Below the pieces are notes generated by a model. It was not told where the DNA came from. It was given only the letters and a program-made list of their open reading frames with translations, and did not search any database. Below are positions 9,414 to 17,569 of a stretch of 63,101 bases of DNA, in pieces (the stretch's first letter is position 1; every line of letters begins with the position of its first letter). Where the stretch lies: positions 1 to 63,101 of the forward strand of contig WLDB01000001.1 in assembly GCA_009705035.1 (NCBI GenBank), given 5' to 3'. Both the position numbers and the translations under genes were made by a program. This DNA comes from Actinomycetota bacterium (lineage in GTDB: Bacteria; Actinomycetota; Actinomycetes; Nanopelagicales; Nanopelagicaceae).

Positions 9414-10478
9414 TTAGCCCTTAAGAGTTGAAATGGATTTATTGAGATCACTCCATAGATCCTCAATATGTTCGCAACCGACCGAGAGGCGAATCAGGTT
9501 TTCTGGAACGCTCGCACTCTCTGATGGCCAACGCCGTCTACGCTCCCAGGTGGTCTCGACTCCGCCCAAGCTCGTTGCATTTGAAATCAACGACGTTGCA
9601 TCGAGCACTTTCTCAATCTCTGCTACTGGGGCGCCAATCTCGAAGGAGATGATTGCGCCAAAGCCCGGATAGCGAACGTTGGAAACCTGAGCCAAAGTCT
9701 GCAGACGTTTAACTAACTCACGGGCACTCGCTTCTGCAGCTCTAAAACGCAATGGGAAAGTCCGAATTCCACGCAGAGCAAGCCATGATTCAAAGGGGCC
9801 CGGGATACTTCCTTGCAGAGTGCGAGCCTCAAGCAATCGTGCATGTAGAGCGGGATCGCGCATTGAGAGCGATCCGATGATTACATCACTATGTCCTGAT
9901 AAATACTTTGTCACTGAATTCATTGAGATATCAGCGCCTAAGCTCAAAGGCTGCTGGTTGAGTGCAGTCGCAAATGTATTGTCGACTGCGACGCCCATAT
10001 TTCTTTTCTTCGCTTCACCAATAATCTGAGGAAGTTCAGCTACGGCAAGTCCGGGATTTGTCGGAGATTCAATCCAAAGAAAAGCAGCGCCCATAAGTGC
10101 TTCAAAGACATCTGCAGTATTTGAAATATCAACAAAGCGCACCTCTAATCTTCCTTGCTCATGATATTTCTTGAGAAGCGACATTGTGCCGCTATACCCC
10201 TGATCTGATGCAACAACCGGTGCGCCATGAGGTAGAAGTGAGAAGACAGCAGTGATTGCACCCATCCCTGAACTAAATGCAAGAGTTGAATCACCTTGTT
10301 CTAGTGCAGTGATTGCATCTTCTAACGCGCTCCACGTTTCATTACCAAAGCGACCGTATCCGATTCCGCCAGCAATAAATGTTGAATTCAGTGAGATATC
10401 GGGATTTAACGGTGCTCCTGCTTGACGTTCTGGGCGGCCAGAGTTGATAGCCAAGCTCTCAGGGCGAAGGTTTTCCAT
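9414..10478 (-). CDS. metB: Cystathionine gamma-synthase (Cys/Met metabolism PLP enzyme)
   Basis: YGRFGNET, FSSGMGA, WIESPTNP, VDNTFAT, SVTKYLSGHSD, SLGGVET, IRLSVGCE. Confidence 0.85.
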   Translation of the reverse strand: MENLRPESLAINSGRPERQAGAPLNPDISLNSTFIAGGIGYGRFGNETWSALEDAITALEQGDSTLAFSSGMGAITAVFSLLPHGAPVVASDQGYSGTMSLLKKYHEQGRLEVRFVDISNTADVFEALMGAAFLWIESPTNPGLAVAELPQIIGEAKKRNMGVAVDNTFATALNQQPLSLGADISMNSVTKYLSGHSDVIIGSLSMRDPALHARLLEARTLQGSIPGPFESWLALRGIRTFPLRFRAAEASARELVKRLQTLAQVSNVRYPGFGAIISFEIGAPVAEIEKVLDATSLISNATSLGGVETTWERRRRWPSESASVPENLIRLSVGCEHIEDLWSDLNKSISTLKG

Positions 10479-10495
10479 AGAGCAAGGGTATCTCC

Positions 10496-11659
10496 TTAGC
10501 CAATCGCCGCGGATACTCTTTCAAAGGCCTCTTTGATGATTTCTGGCGAGGTTGCAAAATTAAGGCGAATAAACTGTGAAAAATCTTTACCGAATCTCTC
10601 CCCCGGCACAAATGCTGTTTTCGCATTCTCAACCAGATAGGCAGCAGGATTATCGCCAAGGTTATATGCGCTGAGATCAATCCATGAGAGATACGAGGAG
10701 TGAGGGATATGTGCAACTGCAGCTGGGATCTTCTCTGATATCAATTCTTGTACGAGATTTCTATTTTTATCGAGTTGCAGAAGCAGGGCATCAAGCCACG
10801 GGCCACCTTCGCGGAAAGCTGCGACCGTAGCGAAGGCCCCAAGAAGTGATGCGCGGTAATGTGTTGCGGGAGCAATCGCATTAAGGCGTTCGAAGAGTGC
10901 CTCATCTTCTGTCACGATAATTGCGCATTTAAGGCCCGCAATATTCCAACCTTTACTAGCGGCAGTGACGGTGATTCCAACAGAGCGCGCCCTGTCATCT
11001 ATTGCAAGAAAGGGGGTGAACGGCTGCTCCGAAAATGTTAAGGGTGCATGAATTTCATCGCTTATTACGATGACATTATTCGCAACTGCTAATTCAACAA
11101 AGCGAAGAAGCTCAGCTCGCGTATACACGCGACCAAGTGGATTGTGTGGATTGCAGATCAGATGAACCTTTATCCCCGATTGATAGGCCTTTTCGATTGC
11201 ATCCCAATTGAGATGCCAATTATTTCCATCAATTTCTATATCTGTATGAGTTAATGGAACATCAACAACGCTGAGGTGGGTCTCCTCTGACCAAGCAGAG
11301 AAGTTTGGATATACCGGAGAATTGATAAGAATTGAATCGCCGGGCTTTGTGATTACTCGAAGAGTTTCGACAATTCCGACACCGACATCGGCGGCAATTC
11401 TTACCTGAAGCGGATCTGGTTTCCAACCAAAGCGTGATGATGCAAAATGCTTGAAGGCTTCGCCCATCTCTGGAATAGAGCCGAGGTAACCGAGATCTGA
11501 ATGCGAAACCATTTCGAGTAGTACTTTACGAATCGGCTCAGCAACCTGAAAATCCATTTCTGCAACTGGCAATGGCAGAACATCTTGAGGGAAGCCTCGC
11601 CATTTTTCGCTTTTATGGGTTCGCAGCTCGTCAATTGATAGAAATCCAAAGTCGCTCAT
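10496..11659 (-). CDS. MalY/PatB (AecD)-type cystathionine beta-lyase
   Basis: SEKW, LPLPVAEMDF, CNPHNPLG, SDEIHAPL, SKGWNIAGLK, RLNFATS; start moved to the MSDFG ATG at 11659. Confidence 0.88.
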   Translation of the reverse strand: MSDFGFLSIDELRTHKSEKWRGFPQDVLPLPVAEMDFQVAEPIRKVLLEMVSHSDLGYLGSIPEMGEAFKHFASSRFGWKPDPLQVRIAADVGVGIVETLRVITKPGDSILINSPVYPNFSAWSEETHLSVVDVPLTHTDIEIDGNNWHLNWDAIEKAYQSGIKVHLICNPHNPLGRVYTRAELLRFVELAVANNVIVISDEIHAPLTFSEQPFTPFLAIDDRARSVGITVTAASKGWNIAGLKCAIIVTEDEALFERLNAIAPATHYRASLLGAFATVAAFREGGPWLDALLLQLDKNRNLVQELISEKIPAAVAHIPHSSYLSWIDLSAYNLGDNPAAYLVENAKTAFVPGERFGKDFSQFIRLNFATSPEIIKEAFERVSAAIG

Positions 11660-11704
11660 AGTTCCAGTATTGCACTCCTTGATTCCAATCTCCATGATTG
11701 CCTC

Positions 11705-12334
11705 ATGCCCATCACCCCTGTGAGTGAGAGAGAAATGCGAGCAATCACCTCTGAGATTTCATCTCGTGATAAGAAATTGGCGCGCATAATTGCAGCACAT
11801 CCGCTCTGCACTATTGGACGAAACGAAAAACCTGTAACTCACTTTGATTCACTCGTGGAATCGGTTATTTCGCAGCAATTAGCGGTGAAGGCGGCAGAAA
11901 CTATCTACCTGCGGGTGAAAAAGCTAGCCGGTGGCAAAGTAACTCCCGCACGTATCTCATCGATCACCGAGAGGCAGATGCGAGAGGCTGGCGTATCTGG
12001 AGCAAAATTCCGCACTATCCAAGGTATAGCTACTGCAGCTATTACTAAAGAGATAAAGATCAACTCGCTACACGCAATAGAAGATGATGAGGAGATTTCT
12101 TCTCAGCTCACTTCATTATGGGGGGTTGGTCCTTGGACGGTAGATATGTTTATGATTTTTCAATTAGGGCGCCTTGATATTTGGCCTACCGGCGATTTGG
12201 GAGTACGAAGAGGCTGGGAGAAAATCTATTCTCTCTCAAATGAAATTGCTCCGAAAGAGCTTGAGGCCAAGGGTGAGAAGTTTCGCCCTTATCGAAGCAT
12301 CGTTGCCTGGTATTGCTGGAGGGCGCTGAATTAA
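11705..12334 (+). CDS. DNA-3-methyladenine glycosylase II (AlkA/HhH-GPD)
   Basis: SVISQQLAVKAA, LWGVGPWTVDM, PTGDLGVR, RPYRS..AWYCW. Confidence 0.9.
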   Translation: MPITPVSEREMRAITSEISSRDKKLARIIAAHPLCTIGRNEKPVTHFDSLVESVISQQLAVKAAETIYLRVKKLAGGKVTPARISSITERQMREAGVSGAKFRTIQGIATAAITKEIKINSLHAIEDDEEISSQLTSLWGVGPWTVDMFMIFQLGRLDIWPTGDLGVRRGWEKIYSLSNEIAPKELEAKGEKFRPYRSIVAWYCWRALN

Positions 12335-12855
12335 TTGGGAAAGGCGACGCCAGCACTTGAATGGCAATCGTAACCATTTGGATTCTTTTCGAGATAGCGC
12401 TGGTGGTATTGCTCGGCTGGATAAAAAGGAACCCCATCTGCGGTAAGTATCTCTGTAACAATCTCGCCAATACCTAAAAGGTTGAGTGCGCTTTGGTATC
12501 GATCTCGAGTAGCGAGTGCTACCTCTCTTTGGTTATCACTAGTGAAAAAGATGGAGCTACGATATTGAGTTCCAATATCGCCTCCTTGGCGATTAAGCGA
12601 TGTTGGATCGTGCATCACCCAAAATTCACGACAGAGTGATTCGTAAGTGATTTGATTGGGATCAAAGTTAACTTCAACAATTTCAGTATGAAGTGTTCTC
12701 CCAGTGCAGACCTCTTCATAGGTTGGATTGGCTTTGATGCCGCCCATGTATCCAACTTGTGTCGAATTAACGCCTGAAAGTGACCAGAAGCGACGCTCTG
12801 CCCCCCAGAAACAACCGGTTGCGAAGTAGGCCAACTCAAAATTAGAAGTGCTCAT
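12331..12855 (-). CDS. msrA: Peptide methionine sulfoxide reductase A
   Basis: GCFWGAE, GYMGG, DIGTQYRS, AEQYHQRYL, GYDCH; likely start at the MSTSN ATG. Confidence 0.96.
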   Translation of the reverse strand: MSTSNFELAYFATGCFWGAERRFWSLSGVNSTQVGYMGGIKANPTYEEVCTGRTLHTEIVEVNFDPNQITYESLCREFWVMHDPTSLNRQGGDIGTQYRSSIFFTSDNQREVALATRDRYQSALNLLGIGEIVTEILTADGVPFYPAEQYHQRYLEKNPNGYDCHSSAGVAFPN

Positions 12856-12892
12856 AGTCGGATAATCTATCCTCTGGGCCATAAAAAATCTG

Positions 12893-12964
12893 GCCCCCGT
12901 AGCTCAGGGGATAGAGCACTGCCCTCCGGAGGCAGGTGCACAGGTTCGAATCCTGTCGGGGGCA
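12893..12964 (+). tRNA. tRNA-Arg(CCG)
   Basis: Acceptor GCCCCCG/CGGGGGC; D-arm TAGCTCAGGGGATAGAGC; anticodon stem CTGCC/GGCAG with loop CT-CCG-GA; T-loop GTTCGAATC; CCA not encoded. Confidence 0.96.
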
Positions 12965-13051
12965 CATCTTAAATAATTCGAAATAACTCTCTAACGCGAT
13001 ATATATCACCTCAATTTTCTACAAATTTACTAAAGTTTTTTCGCTACCTTC

Positions 13052-13104
13052 TTGTGAATGAGCTCGTTACGCGAGAGAATTACCCCTGAACGCACTCGCG
13101 TAAC
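13052..13104 (+). promoter_or_regulatory. whiB1 promoter (TTGTGA-N17-GAGAAT) overlapped by a 10-bp perfect inverted repeat
   Basis: -35 at 13052-57, -10 at 13075-80; GTTACGCGAG at 13066-75 and CTCGCGTAAC at 13095-104; SD AAGGAG before the ATG. Confidence 0.6.
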
Positions 13105-13141
13105 AACGATATTTGATTGCTAATTTCAAAGGAGCTTCGCC

Positions 13142-13408
13142 ATGGACTGGAGACATCAATCCGCCTGTCGTGATGAAGATCCCGAACTCTTCTTCCCTGT
13201 TGGAAATACTGGGCCAGCCATCACTCAAATTGAAGAGGCGAAGAAGGTCTGTGCCCGTTGCATCGTAAAAGAGCCTTGTCTAGCTTGGGCCCTTGAATCT
13301 GGCCAAGATGCCGGCGTATGGGGCGGCCTCTCTGAAGATGAGCGCCGTGCACTTAAGCGTCGCGCTGCTCGTAACCGAGCTCGTCTTGTTGACAACGGAA
13401 ACAGTTAA
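13142..13408 (+). CDS. whiB1: WhiB1 Fe-S transcription factor
   Basis: MDWRHQSACRDEDPELFFPVGNTGPA; four Cys; GVWGGLSEDERR; convergent with pdtaS. Confidence 0.96.
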   Translation: MDWRHQSACRDEDPELFFPVGNTGPAITQIEEAKKVCARCIVKEPCLAWALESGQDAGVWGGLSEDERRALKRRAARNRARLVDNGNS

Positions 13409-13419
13409 CGGAAATAGTT
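13394..13419. repeat. 13-bp tandem repeat AACGGAAA[C/T]AGTT x2 spanning the whiB1 stop
   Basis: 13394-13406 and 13407-13419, one mismatch. Confidence 0.8.
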
Positions 13420-13425
13420 AAAAAT

Positions 13426-14898
13426 TTAAGTTAGCGGGAAGCTTAATTGCGCCCGCGTCTCTTCTGCATTTGAAACCAAATTTAAAGTGCCGCGGAGCTC
13501 GTTTTCAGTCAGAGTACGAACAATTTGAAGTCCCAAGTTTGAAGATTGCGTTAAATCAAACCCGGCAGGTAAACCGACTCCATCATCAATTATTGTCACA
13601 TGGGCGCTCTGGCCATCACGTTCAATAGCGATAGTGAGTTCTGTGCCTTCATCTTCTAATCCGTGCTCGAGGGCGTTGTAAATAAGTTCGGTGATTACGA
13701 GTGCAAGTGGTGTAGCAATGCGGGGATCGACAGAGCCGAGCTGACCGGTTCGCGAAATTGTAATTTCATTAAGTCTCGGAGTGAGCTCGAGAGCATGGCT
13801 CACTAAGCGATCTAATACATCATCGAATCCAACGGATGCATCCGAGCCACCAGAGAGAGTCTCATGAACGAGTGCGATAGAGGCTATTCGGCGAACCGCT
13901 TCATTGAGGGCTTGGCTTGCTTCGGGATTATCAATTCTACGTGCCTGTAACCTTAAGAGCGCCGAGACGGTCTGCAGATTATTTTTAACGCGGTGATGAA
14001 TTTCTCGAATCGTCGCATCTTTTGTGACGAGCTCGCGTTCACGTCTGCGAAGTTCAGTCACATTATTGAGAAGAACAATTGCACCAGTGCGATCTTGACC
14101 TGCAAGAATTGGAAGAACGATTAAATCAATTGTTCCTCCAGGATTTTCAACTTCAACTCTGCGAAGTGCACGCCCGCTTAAACGGCCCTTCAAACTCTCA
14201 TCACTTGCATCAACGTTTTCACGTGCGAGTTGATGTGCAATATCGCCCAGTGAATACCCAATGAGTTCATTGCTCCAACCCATTCTGCTAAAGGCAGAAC
14301 GAGCGTTTGGGCTGGCATAACTAATTGTGCCATTTACATCAATTCTAATTAATCCATCTCCTACGCGAGGGGTCGGATCAAAGAGCGATCCCGCATCTTT
14401 ATAGGGGAAGTTTCCTTCTGCCACCATTCGATAAAGCTCGTGCGCAATCTCTCGGTAATTGAGTTCCAATTTTGATGGTTGACGCATTAAGTCTGAGTTA
14501 CGGTGGCGAGAAATTACAGCAATAACTTTTTCGTCCATCAAAACAGGGATGGTCTCTTCTTTAATCATTAAATCACCGAAAGGCTGGGGTTCTGTATCTC
14601 GAATAATCTCAGCGCTAGATAGCGCTTGATCGAGATAGGTGCGTTCACCCCATCTAATCTCATCGCCAATTACATCATTAGCAAAAACAGTTGCTGCAGT
14701 CGTTGGCCTTATATGTGCGACTGCGATATATCCAGTAGGCCACGACATTGCATCTTTTCGAATAGGTACCCAGAGAATGAGATCTGCGAAAGAGAGGTCA
14801 GAGAGTATTTGCCAATCCGCAACAAGCTCGCGAAGTCTATGTATCTCGCTGGGAGATATCGGACTTCTTCCTTGGAGATATTCTTCGATGGAAGCCAT
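13426..14898 (-). CDS. pdtaS: Cytosolic sensor histidine kinase PdtaS
   Basis: WQILSDLSFADL GAF-like N-terminus, PRVGDG PAS region, REIHHRVKNNLQ (HisKA_2); conserved position next to whiB1. Confidence 0.93.
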   Translation of the reverse strand: MASIEEYLQGRSPISPSEIHRLRELVADWQILSDLSFADLILWVPIRKDAMSWPTGYIAVAHIRPTTAATVFANDVIGDEIRWGERTYLDQALSSAEIIRDTEPQPFGDLMIKEETIPVLMDEKVIAVISRHRNSDLMRQPSKLELNYREIAHELYRMVAEGNFPYKDAGSLFDPTPRVGDGLIRIDVNGTISYASPNARSAFSRMGWSNELIGYSLGDIAHQLARENVDASDESLKGRLSGRALRRVEVENPGGTIDLIVLPILAGQDRTGAIVLLNNVTELRRRERELVTKDATIREIHHRVKNNLQTVSALLRLQARRIDNPEASQALNEAVRRIASIALVHETLSGGSDASVGFDDVLDRLVSHALELTPRLNEITISRTGQLGSVDPRIATPLALVITELIYNALEHGLEDEGTELTIAIERDGQSAHVTIIDDGVGLPAGFDLTQSSNLGLQIVRTLTENELRGTLNLVSNAEETRAQLSFPLT

Positions 14899-14904
14899 AA
14901 AGAG

Positions 14905-15297
14905 TTATGCCTTTAACCACTCTTCAATAGAGGCGGCAGCCTCTTGTGGAGCGAACCAAGTTAGATCGTCAGCGCTCTCGCCAACGGTAAAGATTGCTTC
15001 GACTTGGCTCCAATGCAGCGGAGCCAACAGTGCCGCGCTAATTTCATCAAAATCTCCAAGTACTTCTTCTGCAACTTCGAATGCAATGACTAATGGCACG
15101 CCTGATTTATCATCGGCCAAATCCAGAGCATCTTCGGCCGCCAAAAGTGAGAGTGAATATTCAAGCTCTTCTTCATCCATTTCAGGATGCGTTGATCTGA
15201 AGATATCGGTCGGAGCGTATACATCGGGTATATCAAGAGAGAGCTCTTTAAGAAACTCTTGAACTTCATCTGCTGTAGATCCCAAATAGACGCGCAT
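14905..15297 (-). CDS. DUF6912-like conserved actinobacterial protein
   Basis: MRVYL, DEEELEY, LTWFAPQE; synteny upstream of pdtaS. Confidence 0.75.
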   Translation of the reverse strand: MRVYLGSTADEVQEFLKELSLDIPDVYAPTDIFRSTHPEMDEEELEYSLSLLAAEDALDLADDKSGVPLVIAFEVAEEVLGDFDEISAALLAPLHWSQVEAIFTVGESADDLTWFAPQEAAASIEEWLKA

Positions 15298-15315
15298 AGG
15301 AAGAAGAATATAGGA

Positions 15316-16338
15316 CTAACTCAATCCCCAGTTACTTTCTCTGCAGTATCGTGCGATTTCACCTCGCAACGCGCTCTTGGGTGCGCTCTGCGCCAGAGTG
15401 GATGAGGCTGCTTTTGCCCTAGACAGAGCGCGATCATCTCGTGAGAGAAATATGGAACGGCAATGAAGTTCATCTGAAATGATTTTTTGCTGGGTAGTTC
15501 GCTCTTTAATAGAGTGATTCCGTACATTGTTGATGAGATGAGTAATTTTCGGTTTTATCGCCAGTTCTTTAAGCCCTCTCAATGAATTGCGCACTTCACT
15601 GATTGCACTGCCCTCTGAGCTAGAGATGGTGATCATTTCTGTTGAATAGTGAGCTGCCCATATGAATGGGTAATCTTCTGAGCGATTGCCGGAGATAGCT
15701 CTTGCAGGTTGCCATACCTCTCCAATGTCAATCAAGAGAATCTCATATTGAGCAATATTCTCTTCAAGTGTTGCAAAGTTTTCAGCGCTATGAGCCTCAA
15801 AGATTGAAAAACCAAATGGGCTTCGAAGAACTTCGCGATTTACTCCAAAAATCTGAAGATATGGCGAGAGGAATGCGCTACGTGCATGAGCATCGATAAG
15901 GAGCACGCGTGAGCCTTGCATCGCAAGTTCTGAAGCAATATTAAGTGCGATGGTTGAAGTTCCAACGCTTCGCCCGAAGGATGAGAGGGTAACTATCGGA
16001 ACTGTGGGAATTGCAGACCAAGTCAAAGTCGCTTCCTTAGTAGAAGCACGAATCATCTCGGAAAAGTCATGGTCATTAGCTGGAATTGCAGAGAGACGAA
16101 TCTCGTTAATCGATGGTTTGAGTTTTCTTAAATAGTTAGTAGCTCCGGAAACGAAATCGGAGGTAGTAAAAATTGTGACTTGCTCTGCATCTAAGGTGTC
16201 AAGGAAATTGGATAACTGATCAGCGGTCAGAGCTCTGTACAGAACTTGCCACCCTTGTCGCTCGAGTGATGCAGCGATAAAACCTTCATCTTGGGCATCA
16301 CTTATTGCCGTTATCGCATATCTATAGGGCTCAGCCAT
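15316..16338 (-). CDS. MinD/ParA/CpaE-like protein with degenerate P-loop
   Basis: SSFGRSVGTSTIALNIASELA, VLLIDA, LLIDIG; C-terminal APKSALR. Confidence 0.7.
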   Translation of the reverse strand: MAEPYRYAITAISDAQDEGFIAASLERQGWQVLYRALTADQLSNFLDTLDAEQVTIFTTSDFVSGATNYLRKLKPSINEIRLSAIPANDHDFSEMIRASTKEATLTWSAIPTVPIVTLSSFGRSVGTSTIALNIASELAMQGSRVLLIDAHARSAFLSPYLQIFGVNREVLRSPFGFSIFEAHSAENFATLEENIAQYEILLIDIGEVWQPARAISGNRSEDYPFIWAAHYSTEMITISSSEGSAISEVRNSLRGLKELAIKPKITHLINNVRNHSIKERTTQQKIISDELHCRSIFLSRDDRALSRAKAASSTLAQSAPKSALRGEIARYCRESNWGLS

Positions 16339-16927
16339 TTTTGCCTACAAGAACTAATCGTCCTCTGCTACTTGCCGCCAATAGGGCCGGGACTGATTCC
16401 TGATCGAGTGAGAGAGAAAGTGAAATTGTGTTTCCAAAATTAGAACCCTTGCGGTCGAGATCAGAGATAAAGACTCCAGAAAGGATTCGGATGGGGGGTG
16501 AAGATAGTTCACCATTTTTAGCATCCTGTAAGAGGAAAATTGAGACGTAATCACCTACCTTGGTTTTCATAGGTATATCACTTGATGCAACTGCAACAGA
16601 AACTTCTTCAAGTCTGCTCTCTCTTGCATCGCTGAGATATCGAACGTCTACAAGTTCGTTAGCTAGAAATGAACGCGTAGTTATCAGCCCGTTGAGATTT
16701 GTTGATGAGGCGAGAAAATCATGTTCATTGTTATCGATGCGCAAACCAATTGTTTTTAGATCATTTAAGGTGATTTTGCTCCCCGAAGGAATTGGCCGGG
16801 CGATTACCCAATATTGCTCAGACTTGCTTGAAGCAAGAGATAAAAGGAATGGCGTGATTATTGCCAGAATGAATAGCACAGTAGCAATCTGAAAACGAGT
16901 ATTGGATTTCTTCTCTATCTTTACCAT
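16331..16927 (-). CDS. SAF-domain / CpaB-like membrane-anchored protein
   Basis: TM then WVIARPIPSGSKITLNDL (SAF) and KVGDYVSIF; start set at the MVKIEKK ATG with TACGGT-N6. Confidence 0.72.
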   Translation of the reverse strand: MVKIEKKSNTRFQIATVLFILAIITPFLLSLASSKSEQYWVIARPIPSGSKITLNDLKTIGLRIDNNEHDFLASSTNLNGLITTRSFLANELVDVRYLSDARESRLEEVSVAVASSDIPMKTKVGDYVSIFLLQDAKNGELSSPPIRILSGVFISDLDRKGSNFGNTISLSLSLDQESVPALLAASSRGRLVLVGKNG

Positions 16928-16965
16928 GACGGCACCGTATAAGCATCTACTCAAATGAAAATTTT

Positions 16966-16974
16966 TTATCCACA
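16966..16974 (+). promoter_or_regulatory. Perfect DnaA box TTATCCACA in a divergent intergenic region
   Basis: Exact consensus match; single copy. Confidence 0.4.
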
Positions 16975-17049
16975 ACCATCCGAAAGGATGAGATCGAATT
17001 AGAGATAGAGAATGATGTCCTAACCTAAAGAACTTGCCATTCTCGCTCA

Positions 17050-17550
17050 ATGAATATACAGAGCCTAGAGTTAGAGATATTTACAACTGAAGAGAGCGAC
17101 GCAATCTGGGGTCACCCAGTACTTGACCTATTTGAACCACGGCCAGAGTTTGTACCGCAACGGGCTCGACTTTACTCAGTACCCTCACATTTTGGAGAAA
17201 TCTACGAGAGCGATGACGTTCCGCAGCCAACCTCAGCAAGCGAATTACCAGGGTTACACCGTTGGATAACAACATTTGCAATCAGCACAATCGAAGTATG
17301 GGCAGGTCGAAGGCAACCAGCCCAACTTTTGCAAAGATGTCATCGTGTTGTTTTCAATGAGTTGCTTAGAAAAGTCGGATCGGTTAAGAAAATTGGTAGA
17401 GTGAAAACAATCCATATTACTGAACCCCTCGATGGAATATGTGAGGCGGTGGTAATCATCGATTTTTCAGAGCGCATTCAAGCACTATCAATCCGGTGTG
17501 AAGGCGTAGATGGTCGGTGGCTCTGCACCTCACTTAGATTAATTCAGTAA
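17050..17550 (+). CDS. Rv3235 family protein
   Basis: EVWAGRRQPAQL, DGICEA, ALSIRCEGVDGRWLCTSL; convergent with secA. Confidence 0.88.
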   Translation: MNIQSLELEIFTTEESDAIWGHPVLDLFEPRPEFVPQRARLYSVPSHFGEIYESDDVPQPTSASELPGLHRWITTFAISTIEVWAGRRQPAQLLQRCHRVVFNELLRKVGSVKKIGRVKTIHITEPLDGICEAVVIIDFSERIQALSIRCEGVDGRWLCTSLRLIQ

Positions 17551-17569
17551 GCGAGGTGTATAAAGAACT

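Noticed and set aside
12965-13050. AT-rich stretch after tRNA-Arg as a possible island or prophage attachment site
   Set aside because: No integrase, no repeat of the tRNA 3' end seen, and core whiB1 follows immediately.
14639-15262. 207-aa plus-strand ORF
   Set aside because: Ser-rich antisense frame over pdtaS and the DUF6912-like gene.
16928-17050. ORF-track N-terminal extension of the SAF protein to 17050
   Set aside because: It would abut the divergent Rv3235 start and erase both promoters; TACGGT-N6-ATG supports 16927.
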